64,000 nucleotides of DNA, taken from the NCBI GenBank assembly GCA_964503065.1, contig CAZCYX010000001.1, positions 5,804 through 69,803 of the forward strand, read 5' to 3'. The position numbers and the translations under genes were made by a program. This stretch comes from an uncultured Candidatus Bathyarchaeia archaeon. Its GTDB lineage: Archaea > Thermoproteota > Bathyarchaeia > Bathyarchaeales > Bathyarchaeaceae. Shown one piece after another: positions 18,506-27,104 of this stretch. Position 1 is the stretch's first letter, and each line of letters starts with the position of its first letter. Under the pieces are notes generated by a model, which saw only the letters and a program-made list of their open reading frames with translations, was not told the origin of the DNA and made no database searches.

Positions 18506-18964
18506 TTGAGTCGATCTAGGCTTGAGAGGGATGTTACTGGGGAGTATAACACTTTTCGAGTTTATCTTTTGATGCTTAGGGTGCAGGAGGCTTCTGCTAG
18601 AGACATTGCCTATCAGCTTGGATTCTCTAGTCCTGCTTTGGCGGTTCATCATCTTGAAAAGTTGAATAGTCTGGGGCTTGTTAGGAAAGATGAGTATGGT
18701 GTTTATCATGTTGTCCCTCAAAAGTTTGGGATGCTGAAGTTTTTCTTTGTCGTAAGAAAGTTTATTGTTCCAAGAAGTTTTTCTACGCTCTTTTGTACGG
18801 GGTTTTGGCCGTTTTTTTCGTTCCTTATGCTTTCTGGGGCAGTGAGGAATGTGGCGCTTTTGTTTTCGTTGTTGGGCTTTGGAATTCACTTCGTAGAGAC
18901 TATACAATTCTATAAGGTTATTCCAAAAACTACTGTTCAAGAAGTAGAACAGAATGTTCAATAA
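18506..18964 (+). CDS. membrane-anchored winged-helix (ArsR/MarR-like) protein
   Basis: wHTH pattern (ASARDIAYQLGFSSPALAVHHLEKLNSLGLVRKDEYGVYHV) followed by two hydrophobic segments. TTG start. Confidence 0.5.
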   Translation: MSRSRLERDVTGEYNTFRVYLLMLRVQEASARDIAYQLGFSSPALAVHHLEKLNSLGLVRKDEYGVYHVVPQKFGMLKFFFVVRKFIVPRSFSTLFCTGFWPFFSFLMLSGAVRNVALLFSLLGFGIHFVETIQFYKVIPKTTVQEVEQNVQ

Positions 18965-19080
18965 AATGATTAATATAGTTTGATTTAGTGGTATTATTTT
19001 GGAGGACAGAGGGGTTGATCTTGTCTCCTAAGCAGATGGCTGTTTTTTGTATGGCATCGGTGCTCCTTGGTTCATGAGCT

Positions 19081-19587
19081 GTGTGGGGGTTAAAGGCAGC
19101 AGGTTGGATGGAAGTGACCGCAGAGGGAGCTGCTGTAGTAGAAGCATCACAGTTTCCTTTGAAACTAACAATGATACTCAATAAAACAACATTTGAGGTT
19201 AATGAACCCGTGGGTATCCATTTCTTCTTAGAAAACATTGGAAATGAAACCTATGGTTTTTATTGGGCAGGCCTTTATGTCTACTTCAAAGTATACGATG
19301 AAAAAGGTTCTGGGGTGTATAATGAATATGAAGATGTGTTTACTCAAGTACTCCCTCGCACCGTTGAAATACCTCCGGGTTTAGGTCGCAGAGTTAACTG
19401 CACGTGGTACCAACACGGTAAATTGGTATATCAAGGCCTAGGTGAAGATCCACCCGCCTATTACAAAGAGGTTCCACCGGGTAGATACAAAATTGTTGGT
19501 TTCTATGACGATATCGGTTCCTATCACAATATTAGTCGCCGCTTTACTGTCGAGACCCCTCCCATAACAATAACCATCGTATCATGA
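19081..19587 (+). CDS. BsuPI-like (intracellular proteinase inhibitor fold) beta-sandwich protein
   Basis: Pattern FEVNEPVGIHFFLENIGNETYGFYW...FKVYDEKG...EIPPG...W...VPPGRYKIVGFY matches the BsuPI/CARDB-like signature. GTG start is uncertain. Confidence 0.45.
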   Translation: MWGLKAAGWMEVTAEGAAVVEASQFPLKLTMILNKTTFEVNEPVGIHFFLENIGNETYGFYWAGLYVYFKVYDEKGSGVYNEYEDVFTQVLPRTVEIPPGLGRRVNCTWYQHGKLVYQGLGEDPPAYYKEVPPGRYKIVGFYDDIGSYHNISRRFTVETPPITITIVS

Positions 19588-19876
19588 ATCCTTTGATATG
19601 GTTACTACCTTTTGGGATTCCTTCTAAAAAATTAAATTCTTATTCGCCTTTTACGATAAGGGACTCATGAGCACAACATTGCTTGGATGGGCAAACCTAA
19701 GAGCTATTCTAAGGCTTTGGCACTGCGAAACCCTATTGTTCGACTACTGGTCTGGGGACATACACTACGTTCAATATTTAGATTCCGCCCAAACCTCTTG
19801 CCAGCACATAGTAAAAGGTTTTAAAAACATTTTTGATCTAACACAGTGTAACAACTGATGGAGAGGATAAAAGAGC

Positions 19877-20152
19877 ATGTACCTTTGGATTGATGTGGCT
19901 CGTTTTCTGATAGGTTCTATTTTGTTTTTTCACGGCATCCGCGAATACTATATAAAGAAGATGAAGGTGTTTCTGTATTTTAGTTGCGGTTTCGCCCTTC
20001 TAGCGTTTTCAGATTTGCTCCAGTTGGTGGATCGACTTCTACTCAATGTTTTGTCAATGAAGATTCTCGCTCTGATAAGTTTAAGTCTCTATGCAGGCTT
20101 TGTGTTTCTAAGCATCGTGGCTTTGAAGAGTGTTAAAAAGTCTTCTGACTAA
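19877..20152 (+). CDS. small membrane protein (3 TM), unknown function
   Basis: 91 aa, hydrophobic, lying between the two inhibitor-like genes. Confidence 0.3.
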   Translation: MYLWIDVARFLIGSILFFHGIREYYIKKMKVFLYFSCGFALLAFSDLLQLVDRLLLNVLSMKILALISLSLYAGFVFLSIVALKSVKKSSD

Positions 20153-20169
20153 GAGGATTATTATAAAAG

Positions 20170-20751
20170 ATGTTGATAACGACTGTTCTAATCAATAGTA
20201 TTATAGGTTATTTAACTTATAATAGTAGGGGGTGGAAGATTATAGTCTCAGACAAAAATGTCACTCTGTTCTTGCTACTTGGAATTTTAGTGTTTGCTTC
20301 TTTTCAGATGCTGTCAAGTGGGATTGAAGATTTTCCCACTGAAGCTGAAACCATATACGATGTATTCAAACTTGCTGTAAAGCTTGAGAAGAGTGTGTTT
20401 GAGATAGGCGAGACCGTGCACATGAATATTACACTGGTTAATATAGGAGAAGAGAACGCGACAATTACCTTCGGAGGTGGAATAACTGGTCAAACCTGGT
20501 TCTGGCGTGTGTACGATGAGAATGACCGAATGGTTTTTTATTACAAGTATCTCATATCGCCGAGCGTATGGACAGAGGTAACCTTGCAGCCAGACCAGTT
20601 TATACGACATGAGCGTACATGGGATCAGATAGATACCAACACCGAGCAACAAGTGCCACCTGGAATCTACTGCATAATCGCCGCGGTAGGCTTCACATAC
20701 AAAGAAGAGTCGGTCCCACTTGAAACTCGAATAAAAATCGCCATAAAATAA
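20170..20751 (+). CDS. membrane-anchored BsuPI-like protein (paralog of 19081-19587)
   Basis: N-terminal TM segments, then FEIGETVHMNITLVNIGEENATITFGGG..WFWRVYDENDRMVF...LQPDQ...W...VPPGIYCIIA. Confidence 0.55.
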   Translation: MLITTVLINSIIGYLTYNSRGWKIIVSDKNVTLFLLLGILVFASFQMLSSGIEDFPTEAETIYDVFKLAVKLEKSVFEIGETVHMNITLVNIGEENATITFGGGITGQTWFWRVYDENDRMVFYYKYLISPSVWTEVTLQPDQFIRHERTWDQIDTNTEQQVPPGIYCIIAAVGFTYKEESVPLETRIKIAIK

Positions 20752-20765
20752 TAACAGGTGCAGAC

Positions 20766-23321
20766 TTGAGAAACGAATGGTCGATTATTTTCCTAATTAC
20801 GTTAGCTTTGACAGCTAGTACAACATCAACACGTGAAACATTCGCTTCTCAGACTCAGGAAAATCTTGTTGGGGCTAAGTTTAATCCACAATTTACCTAC
20901 GACTGGTTACGTACTCTCAGTGTTCAAAATCCAGAAGAGGTGGTCTCAGCGCTTGTTTGGCTTATTGAAGATGAAGAAAAAGTAGGGATGAACATGAGCC
21001 AGCTTAAACAGCACGCCGAAAAAGTGTTTACGGAGCAACATAGCGCAAAAATATGGTACATTGCTGAGGTCTTACCTTTCATTCACATAATGGCTATGGC
21101 ATCGGAAATTGAGAAAATAGCCACCTACGAGTTTGTCGACGAGATCAACTTAAATGGAGATTTTGTGCACGTACACCCATGTCTTAGTGTTAGTGTTCCG
21201 ACCATAAGAGCAAGGGATGTCTGGGACCTAGGGTATAATGGTTCTGGAAAAAGAATAGCTATAATCGACACAGGTATCAACCAGTCACATCCGGACCTTG
21301 ACGATCTGGACGACGACCCCTCCACATCCGATCCAAAGGTAATAGCGGAACAAGACTTTACTGGAGAGGGAATAACTGATGATATCGCTGGTAACTGGTC
21401 AGGGCACGGGACTCACTGCGCAGGAATCGCTGCAGGTACCGGGGCAGCATCGGGGGGTGTTTATAAGGGAGTGGCACCCGGGGCTTGGCTACTCGAAGCT
21501 AGAGTATACAACTCTACGGGAAAATGCGCAGATGTAAATTGGATTAGCGATGCGATAGACTGGGCAGTCTCCAACGATGCAGACGTAATAAGCTTTAGCC
21601 ACCAGATCACCTATTTCCATAGTTTTTGGGGATATCAGATAAGAACTGATGGCACGCGTCCACCAAGCCCGGCAGCAGATGAGGCTGTCGAACGGGGAAT
21701 CGTCTTTGTAGCATCATCAGGTCAATATGATGAGCCTTATAACCCAAATAATTACATAGCCGCTCCAGGCGACGCGTTTAACGTCATAACAGTTGGCGCA
21801 TCGAATGATAGCAACACACAAGACATAAATGATGACACCGTCCCCTGGTGGAGCAGTCGCGGCCCTACTGATGATGGTAGACCTAAACCAGACGTAGTAG
21901 CTCCAGGTGTTGAGATAATGTCAACTTGGGCGGGTTATGATTCAGGTAACTACTACGTACCTTGGACAGGTACTTCTATGTCTGTTCCTCATGTTGCTGG
22001 TGTTACTGCTTTGCTTTTGCAGGCTCATCCTGGCTGGACTCCAGGTATAGTGAAAAGTGTCATCATGAGAACAGCCCATCTAAACGACAACCTTCAAGCA
22101 GAGCCAGAAAGAGAAAATGCTCGGGGAAAGGGAATCGTTGACGCCGGAAGAGCAGTGACATGCCCAACCGACATACCTGCTAACCAGGCTGACACAAAGT
22201 ACGAAAACGGTGGGGGAATAGTCTACGAAGCAGAGGCACATCTTAACGGAACGTATAAGGTCATGGCCAGCGGTTCTTACTTCTGGCCTGCTTGGGCTGT
22301 GGCAACTCTCAAAAAAAGTTTCATCCCGGAGCGCGATATGATCAATCCAACATTCCTTTTCGGATTTAATGACACAGGAGAACTAGCTACACTTTATGGA
22401 ACTGCTCTTTTCAGCGCCGAACTGAACCTCTGGAACGGCACAAATGAATTGTTTGCGTATTCAGAAACAATCCATTACATGGCGGGAATCGGCGGCTACG
22501 ACACTGACTGCTTCCATGCCATAAGTTACGCGTATGACGATGTGTTGCTCGCAGAGCACTCTTACGACATCGAATATGGCTTCGGAGTCCTTGCGACTGC
22601 CTATACTGAAGATGGGAGTGGCTTCGCAGATTTCGTAGTTCAGGCATTATCGTTAAGTATAATAGACATAATCGGACCGGGAAACCCAAGCTTCGAAGAA
22701 AGACTCAAGTCAGTCTACGAACCAGCCTACTGGAACTGGTCAGATGTCGACAACGACTGGCGAGAACTGAAAGGCGACATCTGTGGACCACCAGGCATCA
22801 CTGGACCACCAGATGGAAAAGTCAACATCAGAGACATAAACAGGGTATACCAAGCCTGGGGCTCCTATCCAGGCCATCCAAAATGGGATCCAGACTGCGA
22901 CTTAAACGGCGACGACAAAGTGAACATAAGAGACATAGGCATTGTCGTCAGCGAAAATGGTAAACATACCGAAAGCGTTGATGGTGCATACTCATGGTAT
23001 ACGAGCGGAAACGGCACTTATCACATGGATCAGTGGCTCTGCGACCACGATGTAAACGCCCTAAAAGGCCAGCAAGTCACATTCTCCTTCAGGTTTAAAC
23101 CACACGAAATGGGAAACAACGCCACAGCACAAATCTGTTACATCACAGAAAATGATCAGCAAACAACGGTTAGCGGTAACTGGGTTTACGCAACAGAAAA
23201 TTGGCATAACGCCAACGTCACAACTATGTTACCAGCAAACACAGTCGCCATCAAAGTCATCATCCACCTCATAAACAACTTCCAAACATGGATAGACAAA
23301 ACATCCATAGTAACTTCATAG
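20766..23321 (+). CDS. secreted subtilisin-like serine protease (S8) with internal dockerin-like module and C-terminal jelly-roll-like domain
   Basis: Catalytic triad motifs AIIDTGI, HGTHCAG and GTSMSVPHVAG. Signal-like N-terminus. DLNGDDKVNIRDI EF-hand-type repeat. Confidence 0.85.
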   Translation: MRNEWSIIFLITLALTASTTSTRETFASQTQENLVGAKFNPQFTYDWLRTLSVQNPEEVVSALVWLIEDEEKVGMNMSQLKQHAEKVFTEQHSAKIWYIAEVLPFIHIMAMASEIEKIATYEFVDEINLNGDFVHVHPCLSVSVPTIRARDVWDLGYNGSGKRIAIIDTGINQSHPDLDDLDDDPSTSDPKVIAEQDFTGEGITDDIAGNWSGHGTHCAGIAAGTGAASGGVYKGVAPGAWLLEARVYNSTGKCADVNWISDAIDWAVSNDADVISFSHQITYFHSFWGYQIRTDGTRPPSPAADEAVERGIVFVASSGQYDEPYNPNNYIAAPGDAFNVITVGASNDSNTQDINDDTVPWWSSRGPTDDGRPKPDVVAPGVEIMSTWAGYDSGNYYVPWTGTSMSVPHVAGVTALLLQAHPGWTPGIVKSVIMRTAHLNDNLQAEPERENARGKGIVDAGRAVTCPTDIPANQADTKYENGGGIVYEAEAHLNGTYKVMASGSYFWPAWAVATLKKSFIPERDMINPTFLFGFNDTGELATLYGTALFSAELNLWNGTNELFAYSETIHYMAGIGGYDTDCFHAISYAYDDVLLAEHSYDIEYGFGVLATAYTEDGSGFADFVVQALSLSIIDIIGPGNPSFEERLKSVYEPAYWNWSDVDNDWRELKGDICGPPGITGPPDGKVNIRDINRVYQAWGSYPGHPKWDPDCDLNGDDKVNIRDIGIVVSENGKHTESVDGAYSWYTSGNGTYHMDQWLCDHDVNALKGQQVTFSFRFKPHEMGNNATAQICYITENDQQTTVSGNWVYATENWHNANVTTMLPANTVAIKVIIHLINNFQTWIDKTSIVTS

Positions 23322-23351
23322 AGTTCTGTGCACGCTAGAGGTTTGTTTCTT

Positions 23352-23762
23352 TTACTTTACTTTTTTCTTCAAAGTTTCCAAATAAGTTGCCAAACCCTCA
23401 ATGTCCTTGACATTTCGTCCCACAAGTTTCAGGAGTCCATTCCAAAAAAGCGTGTTAGGTTTTATCCTCAGTTCCTGAAGGTGCTGTGCCATACGTTTGG
23501 TCCACTCTTTACCACGTCTGTCAAAATCCATCAAAAGAATGACTTCACCCTTTCCAATGTTTACTACTTCGTCTACCTCGTCGATGAAGGTTTTTCCAGA
23601 AGATTTCACTGGAATTATTTTTCCTCTGATAGATAGAATACGTAAAGCGTTAACATCATTGGGTCCTTCAACAACTATTGGGGTGCCTTTCGCTGATTCT
23701 GTTGCTAGTCTGTCTAAAAGTTCTAAGATTCTTTCCAGTTTTTCCTCTAGGTGAGTTGACAA
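23352..23762 (-). CDS. small Toprim domain protein (RNase M5 / small primase-like, COG1658-type)
   Basis: IVVEGPNDV...LLMDFDRRGKE Toprim motifs in 136 aa. Confidence 0.65.
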   Translation of the reverse strand: MSTHLEEKLERILELLDRLATESAKGTPIVVEGPNDVNALRILSIRGKIIPVKSSGKTFIDEVDEVVNIGKGEVILLMDFDRRGKEWTKRMAQHLQELRIKPNTLFWNGLLKLVGRNVKDIEGLATYLETLKKKVK

Positions 23763-23767
23763 GTTTC

Positions 23768-24856
23768 TTACCTAGTGATTTCAGCTCTCTTTATAGTTTC
23801 TAAGCATTGCTTTGCCTCTTTGTTTCTTTCAAAATACTTTCTAACGGGCTCCAGAATTTTTATTAGCTCTTCTGCAACCGCATTTTTCAAATCCATAGGA
23901 TGTAGTTCTCCTTTTCTGTAGATGGTCAATAATTCTTCGAAGGAGTTGAACTCGATATTTCCACCGAATTTTGCGGTTCTTTCTATTTCAAAGGATTTTA
24001 GTTCTCTGAAGATAATGTATTTGCAAATGTCTAATATTGGATTGAATTCAACTGTTCTCTCGGGGCAGAAGGCGTTAGAGATTTTTCTTCTTATGGCCTC
24101 GGATGGATCGTAAACGAAGACGCATGTTTCTGGTTTGCTTTTGGACATTTTGGCTGAAGCTAGGGCTTCCTTCTCTTTTCCTTCTGGAATTGGCCAGATA
24201 GCTGGTTTTTCTAAGCCTTGAAGTAGGTGGTGGTGGACGCATATTGGTTTCCAGTATCCTAGTTTTTCTCCGATCTCTCTTGCTACGACATTTGCTTTTC
24301 TCTGATCTATGCCTAGTTGACAGATTTTGACGTTTAGTTGGAATATGTCTGCGACTTGCATTGGGGTGTACATGAATTCTGAGACGTATTTTGCCTCTGT
24401 TTCTTTCCTACCTGCAATCTCTAGTGTTCTTCTTGTTCTTGCTATCGTTAGGTTTTTTGCGACTGAGATTGTTTTTGCCCAATAATCTAAATCGTCATAG
24501 AGTTGGTCTGAATAGATGAATTCAACTTTGTCTTCTGGGACGCCTAGGGCTATCCAGGAGTGTTTGAAGTGGTCTGCGGATTTTTTTATAAGTTCTAGAT
24601 TGCCGCCTAGTTTGTTGTTTATCCATGCATGCCACGTTGAGAGATATGCTTTGAAGTGTATTCCTGCTTCTGTTAGGTCCTTTATTTTGTAGGCGCAGAT
24701 TAGGCCTGTGCCGAGGTGGACGAGGCCTGAGGGTTCCCAACCGTTGTAAGCGATGGGGTGCTCGTCAGTTTCCAATAGTTGCCTTAAATCCTTTAGGGTC
24801 AAAATTTCTTCTGTGGGTGGTCTACTTATTAGTTCAATTTTTGTCTCTATGTCCAA
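23768..24856 (-). CDS. tyrS: tyrosine--tRNA ligase (archaeal long form)
   Basis: HIGH-region EPSGLVHLGTG, KMSKS present (AKMSKSKPE), N-terminal similarity to archaeal TyrRS. Confidence 0.85.
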   Translation of the reverse strand: MDIETKIELISRPPTEEILTLKDLRQLLETDEHPIAYNGWEPSGLVHLGTGLICAYKIKDLTEAGIHFKAYLSTWHAWINNKLGGNLELIKKSADHFKHSWIALGVPEDKVEFIYSDQLYDDLDYWAKTISVAKNLTIARTRRTLEIAGRKETEAKYVSEFMYTPMQVADIFQLNVKICQLGIDQRKANVVAREIGEKLGYWKPICVHHHLLQGLEKPAIWPIPEGKEKEALASAKMSKSKPETCVFVYDPSEAIRRKISNAFCPERTVEFNPILDICKYIIFRELKSFEIERTAKFGGNIEFNSFEELLTIYRKGELHPMDLKNAVAEELIKILEPVRKYFERNKEAKQCLETIKRAEITR

Positions 24857-24904
24857 CTCTGTTTTCTCCCTAGCATCTTCTCATTTTGGTTATGTGAGAC
24901 TTAA

Positions 24905-25150
24905 AAGTTCTTATCGCGGGCGTTGTGTGTCCCACGTTCCTAACCCTTAACCTCATTGTAGAGCATTGCGCTCCTCTTGGTTAAGCTCTCTCTAACATGG
25001 GTTTTTTTGTGGCGCCCGCGCCCACCGTGTCCCATGCCTGGGTTAACCCTTCGTCACTGGTAGATGAGAGCTTCATCTTTCCTCTGTTGAGTCCGTCTGC
25101 ATGAGCCTGCTCTTAAGGGTTCGGTGGGATTCCAATATTGCTCATGTCAT
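24905..25150 (-). ncRNA. candidate structured ncRNA of unknown family (strand tentative)
   Basis: GC-rich island in a 350-nt gap. Long-range helix CCCAC-CG-AACCCUUAA / UUAAGGGUU-AGGAAC-GUGGG. Nested helices CAUGGG/CCCAUG, GUGGGCGC/GCGCCAC, AGAUGA/UCAUCU and GAGC/GCUC. The plus strand has an internal T7 run, while the minus strand ends in CTTTT. Confidence 0.35.
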
Positions 25151-25207
25151 CGCTAATATTGAATGATGGTTTGCGTTCAGATAAGTTTTCGGTTCCTATA
25201 CCCATTT

Positions 25208-25762
25208 CTAAGCTTGAATAAGCTTCTTCACTGAGACAAGTAATGTTGCTACGACTAACGCTGAATCGATGTAATCACCTTTCAATACTCCGTTAAAGAC
25301 TTTGTTGAAATCCACCAACTCAATTTTCATTATTTCTTTAGGGTCGAATTTCCCCTTTGGCTTGAGGCTTTTTGTGAAGAATATTTCAACTGTTGCGGGT
25401 CCCATGGCTCCTGGAGCCCAAGTGAACCTTCCTATCCATTCCAGCTTCCCTGCAGTGTAGCCTGTCTCTTCCTCCAGTTCTCTCAAAGCTGCCTGCTCGA
25501 CTGTTTCACCCTCCTTCATTCCACCAGCCGGAATATCATAAATCACCTTGCCGAAGGGATGCCTATACTGCCTCGTGAGAATCATCTTGTTATCGTCGGT
25601 AAGTGCGGCTATCGCTACTGCAGCGCCTGAAGCCTTAAAATATACCCATTCATGCGTTGAGCCATCAGCAAACTCTAAAACATCTTCAAGAATCAGCCTA
25701 CCATGCTTGTTATAAACAGTTCTGGACTCCACAACCTTTACCCTATCAAACTTACCCACCAA
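25208..25762 (-). CDS. NUDIX hydrolase (ADP-ribose pyrophosphatase-like)
   Basis: Nudix box GGMKEGETVEQAALRELEEETGY. Confidence 0.85.
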   Translation of the reverse strand: MVGKFDRVKVVESRTVYNKHGRLILEDVLEFADGSTHEWVYFKASGAAVAIAALTDDNKMILTRQYRHPFGKVIYDIPAGGMKEGETVEQAALRELEEETGYTAGKLEWIGRFTWAPGAMGPATVEIFFTKSLKPKGKFDPKEIMKIELVDFNKVFNGVLKGDYIDSALVVATLLVSVKKLIQA

Positions 25763-25956
25763 AATCTTGCCCCTTCTTCACCTTCTCATGTTCTATATTA
25801 AGGAAGAAACCGTTAAAAAGATAGTTAATAATTGATTAGTCGTTCTTACTTGAAAACCAACATAAAAAGAGGAATTTGCGAGGGGAGACAGTGATCAGCG
25901 CTGTAAAATCCTTTTTTGTTAATGTTTTGGGATATTTATTTCGTTCTTAATCTGCT

Positions 25957-26736
25957 TCAAAAAACAACTGGTGCTACAATGAATGCACATCCAGCGTAGT
26001 CCCTTCCAATTTCCGTGGCTCTGAACAGAAACGGATGCGGTTTTTCTTTCAAGGCAAACACGTGGGCTTCTCCGAAATTATTTTCCAAAAACTGATATAC
26101 AACTCCCAAAATCTGAATTGAAAGATAATATTCTAAGTCTGGGTGGCTGAAGACTAATTCTTTAACTTTTTTTCCTTTTTTCCCACACTCTTTTAGGCTT
26201 AATTCGAAGTCTTCGATTGTGATTGGCTCGTATTGTGCGAAAGACTCTTTTTTGCAATCCTCTTGTGCAATGATACCTATTACTCTTCTTTCGTCCGTAA
26301 CAAGATCAATTCCATGGAACTTTGAAGTAGCCTTTTGCATTTTCGTTCCTGTCTCCTCCTCAAACTGTTCTGCAAAACTGAATATACTCATACGATCACC
26401 TCGCAATGTTAGTTCAAGTTTATTCCAAATTTGGTCAACATCTTTGACGAACCTTGCGATCTCCAGTCCCTTCTTCGTGAGTTTGTAGACAATGCCGTCT
26501 TTGGCAATTACAGAGTTCCCTAGCAGAAAGTTGAGATGATAGTTGAAGGTTCCTGTGCTAGTTAAATGCCTCACATACTCTGCAGAATCCAGTAAGTCGG
26601 AATAAGCAGCCTTTCCAGCTTCATTCAAACGTCTAACAATACTATTCCTAGTCGGGTCAACAATAATAGAGAACACGTCACTCTTCTTCAAAGATGTCAC
26701 CAACAAGTAAATCAATAAGTGGGTCGCATTTAGCAT
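25957..26736 (-). CDS. winged-helix (ArsR-like) domain protein with uncharacterised C-terminal domain
   Basis: DPTRNSIVRRLNEAG.AAYSDLL...FNYHLNFLL....DGIVYKLTKKG pattern. Start codon uncertain. Confidence 0.45.
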   Translation of the reverse strand: MLNATHLLIYLLVTSLKKSDVFSIIVDPTRNSIVRRLNEAGKAAYSDLLDSAEYVRHLTSTGTFNYHLNFLLGNSVIAKDGIVYKLTKKGLEIARFVKDVDQIWNKLELTLRGDRMSIFSFAEQFEEETGTKMQKATSKFHGIDLVTDERRVIGIIAQEDCKKESFAQYEPITIEDFELSLKECGKKGKKVKELVFSHPDLEYYLSIQILGVVYQFLENNFGEAHVFALKEKPHPFLFRATEIGRDYAGCAFIVAPVVF

Positions 26737-27104
26737 TTTTTGACTATAGTTTCGTCTTCATCCAAACTAAGAAAGCCTTGAATTTTTCATATAGTTTTCA
26801 ATTTTTATTAGTGGTGAACCCTAATAGGACTCAAGACAACACCTGTTTCAAAATCAGACGAGTAAAATTAAGGCCTGCATGCTATCCTATGCCGCTTCTC
26901 AGCCGAGTATCAGGACTACCCCATTTTTTTGGGTTGGACTATTGAAAAATTCAATCTTCTTTCCAGTACTTACACAAAACAATTTGATGCGATTTGATTT
27001 CCTTTATCTTCGCATCTTTACACTCATATGGTGACGAGAAAGGGCATGTTTTTTCATAATGTACAGATTCTCTATTACTGCAACGCATTCTTTCGCCAAT
27101 TAAT

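Noticed and set aside
24880-25200. Calling the structured gap RNase P RNA on the basis of GAGGAAAG on the minus strand.
   Set aside because: The GAGGAAAG is followed by AUGAAGCUCUCAUCU, which forms its own perfect local hairpin rather than a P4 strand. I could not find the ACAGAA..GGCUUA (CR-V) partner or the GGUAAGGGUGAAAGGGUG-type CR-II/III. It is kept only as an unclassified ncRNA candidate.
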